64,000 bases of DNA, from positions 192,001 through 256,000 of the forward strand of contig CBDBZY010000003.1 of assembly GCA_965213685.1 (NCBI GenBank), read 5' to 3'. Position 1 is the first letter of the stretch; each line of letters begins with the position of its first letter. Below the pieces are notes generated by a model, which saw nothing but the letters and a program-made list of their open reading frames with translations, made no database searches and was not told where the DNA came from. The position numbers were made by a program, and so were the translations under genes. The DNA is from a bacterium (GTDB lineage: Bacteria > UBA8248). Positions 59,108 through 64,000 of the stretch are shown in pieces.

Positions 59108-60140
59108 TGCGCGTTTTGGTCTTCTCCCGCTTCTGCGCGCGAAACCGACCCATCGGGCGAAGTTCGCCGCACCCGCCGGCGTGGCCCCCCTCGGGCTGGA
59201 GGTTTTTCTGCTCGTGCCGGCGAATGGGAGGAAGGGGGGTCGCGCGTTCATCTCCCGGGAAGGCTGAGGAGGACGGATGCCAGATTTTTGCCGGCCCGTC
59301 GCGCTGCGGCGGCAGGGTGGGCGGCCGTCTCTACCCCGCCGGGGACTCTGGAGAGCGCACCGTTAGGCGCGGCTGGACGTCATGCACATGGAGGAGTGCT
59401 CCTACGGCTTCGCGGCGGCCCAGGTTCTGCTGTATCTCTCCGTGCCGGGAGCGCGCCCGAAGCTGATGGGCAACCACTCGGGGAATTCCCGACGTTTCCC
59501 TGCCCTGGTGCGCCCAACACGATCGAAAAATCGTTTTCCGCCGGGCGGGTGCGCTTCTCGTCCGCGCCCATACCGCACTGGACGGGAAAGGCTGTTGGGG
59601 GCTTGGCACACCGCCGGAGAGAGTGCGAACGCTCTCCCAATGGGGATTGGACCCGGAGCTTTTCCGTCCGCCCGCACCGAATGAACGCGCGAAAGCGTTC
59701 ACCATCGGATGCGCTGACAGGCTCGTCGTCGCCCGCGCCCGGGAGTGCGCGTTTATGGGCTATGCGCGCTCTGCCCCGCCCTGCTGAACGTCGCGCTGAA
59801 CGCCCTCTGCGCATCCCCCGGTTCGATGTCACCGGCGCGCGCCGGGCGAGCCGCATCGCCGAGGGCGTCATGGCGTGCGCCTGCGTGGCTGTATGGGGGC
59901 GATGGGTTGCGGCGCGGCTCCCGTGCGGGCCGCCCCCACGGGCGAAATCCCGTTTGTCGTAGGGGGCGAGCGGTTTCGTGTTTCCGGAAGATGATGAGCG
60001 GGCGTTCAGGGAAATTCTCCGGAAACGGAGAGACGAACTCCGCGAACGCGGGCGAATGGCGGGGGCGGGCCGCAAGAGAGTTCTCGAGGAATTTGCCTGG
60101 GATGCGCTGGCCGGGAAGACGCCTCTATGCGGATGTTTTG
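59108..60140 (+). pseudogene. Decayed glycosyltransferase family 4 gene
   Basis: Scattered in-order fragments MRVLVFS, LDVMHMEECSYG, VMAC, GEIPFVVG, VFPEDDE..AGRKRVLEEFAWDALA in shifting frames. Confidence 0.6.
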
Positions 60141-60651
60141 GGGATGGGGGCTCGAGCGCCTCGTCCGGCTGGTTGTCATCGTCGCCCTGGTGCGCATTCC
60201 CGGGGTTCGCGGCTTTGGGGCGTGTGCCTCGGTCTTCCGTTTCTCGCAATCGCTCCCTGTTTTTTTGCTCTCGGTTGGCTGTCCTTTCGGGAGATGCGGC
60301 CGGAATGTGGCGGGCAGTGCACGCTTTGGAGGAGTTTGCTCGTCAGCGCGTTGTCCCTGGTCGCCGTCGCGTCCCTCCCGTTGGCTTTGGCTGCGTTCAT
60401 ATTCTCTGACGTGATCATCTCCCCGGTCTGTGGGGGGCGCAATATATCGCGTCCATCATGCGCGCCTGCCTTGCGGCGGCGTTGTATGTGTTGCGGGACT
60501 CATCCGGGGCGGCGGAATTTCCGCGGGGGGTCGGGGCGCGCTATACTCCCCCTTTCCTGCGAAGTGGAAATTCGTTTTGGGAACGCGCGACGCACAGACG
60601 GGAGGACGCCCAGAATCGGGACGCGGGGCGCGCATACGAGGCGGTGGGATA

Positions 60652-61746
60652 GTGCGTGTAGGGATTGACGCCCGGATGATAGCGAAGGGCGGCGTCGGAA
60701 CCTATTTGAGAGGTTTGCTCGCCGGGCTGGACAGGCGGGATGACGACGCCGAGTATGTCCTCTTCCTTCCCCCGGGGGAGACGGAGGCTTGCGCTGGCCT
60801 GGGCGCGAATTTTCGGCGGGTGGTTTGCGCAGCGGCCGCGCCATACTCGGCCGCCGAGCAGGTGGCGCTGCCCCGGCTGCTGGAGCGCGAGTGCCTGGAC
60901 CTGATCCATCATCCGCATTATTTCGCTCCCCTGTTCGGCAGGACGCCGATGGTGGCGACGATTCACGATTTGCTCCATCAGCTGTTTCCGGCGTTTTGCC
61001 CATCGCCGCTCCACTGGCGCGCGTCGAAGTGGATGATCGGCAGAACGACGCGGAGGGCGCGCCTGATTCTCGCCGTCTCCGGGCATACGAAAAAAGATGT
61101 CGTGGCGCATGTCGGCGTCCCGGAGGAGAAGGTTCGCGTGGTGCATAACGCCCTGCCGCCCGGCTGGGGAGAGGCGCGCGCCCCCAGGCCGGAGGCGTTG
61201 AGGCGACTGGGCGATGCGCCCTATTTCCTGTATGTGGGAAACCGCAAGAGGCACAGAAACCTGCCCCTGCTGCTCCACGCCTTCGCTGGCCTCCTGCGGG
61301 AGAGGGACGCGCGTCTCGCGCTCACGGGCGACGGAGGCGACCTCGACGGCGTTGTGCGCCGCCTGGAGCTGGACGAGAAGGTGATATTTCTGGGGCGGGT
61401 GCCACAGGAGGCGTTGCCCTGCGTCTACCGGTTCGCGCAGGCGCTGGTCTTCCCCTCGCTCCATGAGGGGTTTGGCTATCCTCCCCTGGAGGCCATGACG
61501 TGCGGCGCGCCGCCGATTGTCTCGGACGCCGCCGCCTTGCGCGAGGTGGTCGGGGACGCCGGCCTCATCGTTCCCCGGGGGGATAAGGACGCCCTGCAAG
61601 GCGCGATGCTGCGGATGCTCTCGGAGCCGGGACTGCGGGACGCTCTGAGCGAAAAATCGAGAGAGCGGGCGCGCTTTTTCCGGTGGGAGAAGCTGGCCGC
61701 CGGAACGTATGACGCCTACCTGGACGCCCTCCGGCTCTCGTCCTAG
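60652..61746 (+). CDS. Glycosyltransferase family 4
   Basis: RVGIDAR..GGVGTY, TIHDL, YVGN, FPSLHEGFGYPPLEAMTCG. Confidence 0.92.
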   Translation: MRVGIDARMIAKGGVGTYLRGLLAGLDRRDDDAEYVLFLPPGETEACAGLGANFRRVVCAAAAPYSAAEQVALPRLLERECLDLIHHPHYFAPLFGRTPMVATIHDLLHQLFPAFCPSPLHWRASKWMIGRTTRRARLILAVSGHTKKDVVAHVGVPEEKVRVVHNALPPGWGEARAPRPEALRRLGDAPYFLYVGNRKRHRNLPLLLHAFAGLLRERDARLALTGDGGDLDGVVRRLELDEKVIFLGRVPQEALPCVYRFAQALVFPSLHEGFGYPPLEAMTCGAPPIVSDAAALREVVGDAGLIVPRGDKDALQGAMLRMLSEPGLRDALSEKSRERARFFRWEKLAAGTYDAYLDALRLSS

Positions 61747-61796
61747 CGGATGCGCGCCCCCGCCGGCCCCCGGGCCGCGAAACTTCAGGATCCCAC

Positions 61797-62993
61797 ATGC
61801 GGGTAGCGATAGTACACGACTGGCTTGCGGGTATGGGAGGCGGGGAGAAGTGCCTCGAGGCGTTTTGCGAGATATACCCGGAGGCGGACGTTTTCACCCT
61901 GCTTCACGTGCCGGGCGCGGTTTCGGGCGCCATCGAACGCCACCGCATCCATACCAGCCCCTTGCAGTGGATTCCCGGTGCGGCGCGCCGCTATCCGCGC
62001 ATGCTCCCCCTGATGCCGACGGCCGTGCGGATGCTACCGCTCGGAGAGTATGACTTCATCCTCTCCAGTTCGCGTTGCGTGGCCAAGGGGGCGAAGGGAG
62101 GCCATGGCGCCTACCACCTCAGCTATTGCCACACGCCGATGCGCTACGCCTGGAGCGCTTATGAGGAGCGTCGCGCGCGTCTGGGCGGCGCGGCCAGATG
62201 GCTCTTTCCCCACCTCGTCGAATACCTGAGGAGGTGGGACAACGAGTCCAACAAGGGGGTCCACGATTTTGTCGCCAACAGCCATACGGTGGCGGAGCGC
62301 ATCCGCCGATATTACGGCAGGGAGGCGGAGGTTCTCCACCCGCCGGTGGATACGGAATTCTACCGGCCGCAGGGCGGGCGCGCCTCGGATTACTATCTGA
62401 TGGTCACGGCCTTTGCGCCCTACAAGCGCGTCGACGCGGCGGTCGAGGCCTTCGGTCGGCTCGGGCGTCCGCTCAAGGTGGTGGGAGCGGGCCCGGATTT
62501 TGAGCGCGTGCGCGCACTCGGGAAGTCCAACGTGGAGTTCCTCGGATGGCAGGATGACGAAACCATCCGGGAGCTGTACGGCGGATGCCGCGCCTTCATC
62601 CTGCCGGGAGAGGAGGACTTCGGAATCACGCCGCTCGAGGCGCAGGCTTGCGGGCGGCCTGTCCTCGCCCTGGGCGCCGGCGGCGCGCTCGAGACCGTCG
62701 TGGGCGTGAATGCGGAAGAATACGAAGCGCCTCCGGGCTTCACTCCGGCGGGAGAGGCCACCGATGGCGAGACGGCGCCTACTGGAATGTTTTTCCCCTG
62801 TTCGGCACCGGAGCACATCGAGGAGGCGGTCCGGCGTTTTGAGAAGATGGAGGACCGCTTCTCCCCGGAGGCTGCGCGCAGGCAGGCGGAGCGGTATAAC
62901 CGCGAGGATTTCAAAAAAGCGGCGGAAGCGCGTTTTCAGCGGGGCTGGCGGAGGCACCAGGAGCGCCTGAACAGGTGGGACGGGGCGTCCTGA
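61797..62993 (+). CDS. Glycosyltransferase family 4 (WbaZ-like)
   Basis: MRVAIVHDWL..GGGEK, YCHTPMRYAW, PYKRVD, EEDFGITPLEAQACG. Confidence 0.92.
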   Translation: MRVAIVHDWLAGMGGGEKCLEAFCEIYPEADVFTLLHVPGAVSGAIERHRIHTSPLQWIPGAARRYPRMLPLMPTAVRMLPLGEYDFILSSSRCVAKGAKGGHGAYHLSYCHTPMRYAWSAYEERRARLGGAARWLFPHLVEYLRRWDNESNKGVHDFVANSHTVAERIRRYYGREAEVLHPPVDTEFYRPQGGRASDYYLMVTAFAPYKRVDAAVEAFGRLGRPLKVVGAGPDFERVRALGKSNVEFLGWQDDETIRELYGGCRAFILPGEEDFGITPLEAQACGRPVLALGAGGALETVVGVNAEEYEAPPGFTPAGEATDGETAPTGMFFPCSAPEHIEEAVRRFEKMEDRFSPEAARRQAERYNREDFKKAAEARFQRGWRRHQERLNRWDGAS

Positions 62994-63009
62994 GCCGCGT
63001 GCGGGGACA

Positions 63010-63600
63010 ATGCGCGCGCAGGCGGAGACGTTCGCATCCGGAAGCGTTTGGCCGGCGCGGCCCGGACGGGGAGAGCGGCATCGTGCCGAAAGAGTATGGC
63101 CAACCGAGCGCGCTCCTCCTCCGACATCGTTCGAACGCATGCGGCTGAACGCCGGAGTCGGGGAGTGGGACGGCTTGCCGGCCATTCTCCCGTCGCAAGC
63201 CCCTCCTCCGGGCTGGAGCCGCTGCGGGTAAAGGGCGGGTGCCGGATGATTTCCCGGGGACCCTCGCCCCGGTCATTCCCTGTCCGCTGCCGGGCGTCCG
63301 CGCCCTCCTCGTTGAATGGATGAGGCAGGTGCCTGCCCTCTGTCGACGGGAGAGGGCGGGTCTGGACGGCGTTCGGTTTCGGATGTACAAGTTCCGTGCG
63401 ATGAAGGTGGGCGCGGAGGCGGAATCGGGCGCGCGGTCCGGGCTGGGCGCAAGCGAACGGCCGGCGCGAAGACGCCTCGATTAGGGAAGAGGACTGGGCG
63501 CGATTTGCGCTATGTCGAGCCCTGATCCCCGGGCTTTTGACGGCCAGATTCTGCGGCGCACCATCTGGAAGGGGCGGACAAGCGAAAATGCGTACCAGAC
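63010..63600 (+). pseudogene. Decayed undecaprenyl-phosphate sugar phosphotransferase (WcaJ-like)
   Basis: Fragments RLNAGVGEWDGLP, ERAGLDGVRFRMYKFRAMKVGAEAESG and [13 protein letters not shown], with large deletions. Confidence 0.68.
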
Positions 63601-63619
63601 GGAATCGCGGGCCGGGAAA

Positions 63620-64000
63620 GTGAGGGGGGGCCGGACCATCGCCGTCATCCCCGCCCGGTGGGCCTCCACGCGGTTTCCGGGAAAGCCTCTGGCCTTGTTG
63701 TGCGGGCGTCCCATGATTGAATACGTGTACAGGCGCGCGTCCCGGGCGAAGCTGGTGGACGCCGTCCTCGTGGGCACCGACGATGAACGGATAGCCGACG
63801 CCGTGCGCGCGTTTGGCGGGAACGCGCGGATGACGCGCACCGGCCACGCCAGCGGGACCGACAGGGTGGCCGAGGTGGCCGCTGGCGAAGATGCGGAAGT
63901 GGTCGTGAACGTACAGGGGGACGAGCCCCTGATTCATCCGGACGATATCGACGCGGGGGTCAGTCCCCTGCTCGAGAGGGGCGACGTCCACATATCGACG
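63620..64000 (+). CDS. kdsB: 3-deoxy-manno-octulosonate cytidylyltransferase (runs off the window)
   Basis: [42 protein letters not shown]. Confidence 0.93.
   Translation, partial: MRGGRTIAVIPARWASTRFPGKPLALLCGRPMIEYVYRRASRAKLVDAVLVGTDDERIADAVRAFGGNARMTRTGHASGTDRVAEVAAGEDAEVVVNVQGDEPLIHPDDIDAGVSPLLERGDVHIST

Overview
GC-rich bacterial chromosomal window; a Gram-negative envelope is implied by a TonB-dependent receptor and kdsB. Many single-base frameshifts fall at short homopolymers, most likely long-read consensus errors. Main blocks: (1) 1.7-18.9 kb, a co-directional catabolic cluster with a CoA-transferase A/B pair, M20 deacylase, LLM oxidoreductase, twin atypical cysteine-synthase-family enzymes, a Liv-type ABC importer, a tandem-domain AhpD/CMD protein with an in-frame TGA in a CxxU motif followed by a SECIS-like hairpin, a three-subunit xanthine-dehydrogenase-family Mo enzyme and an orphan SdhA/NadB-like flavoprotein, with a divergent UbiD decarboxylase. 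(2) A Btu-type cobalamin uptake operon behind tandem cobalamin riboswitches, one canonical and one variant. (3) tRNA-Arg(CCG), TatD, a conserved hypothetical and two CocE/NonD hydrolases. (4) nth, oppD, ino1 and other housekeeping genes. (5) A compact Type II-like R-M pair whose nuclease 3' end (61 bp) is repeated 8.4 kb downstream. The two copies bracket an island of TraW/TraY, S24 and IS66 remnants plus two GT-C-type and one GT2 glycosyltransferase, with long poly-G/C tracts and an internal 114-bp direct repeat. (6) Rhodanese-MoeB, an organic-acid catabolic operon and a partly decayed surface-polysaccharide locus ending in kdsB. All assignments rest on motif recognition; no database search was possible.
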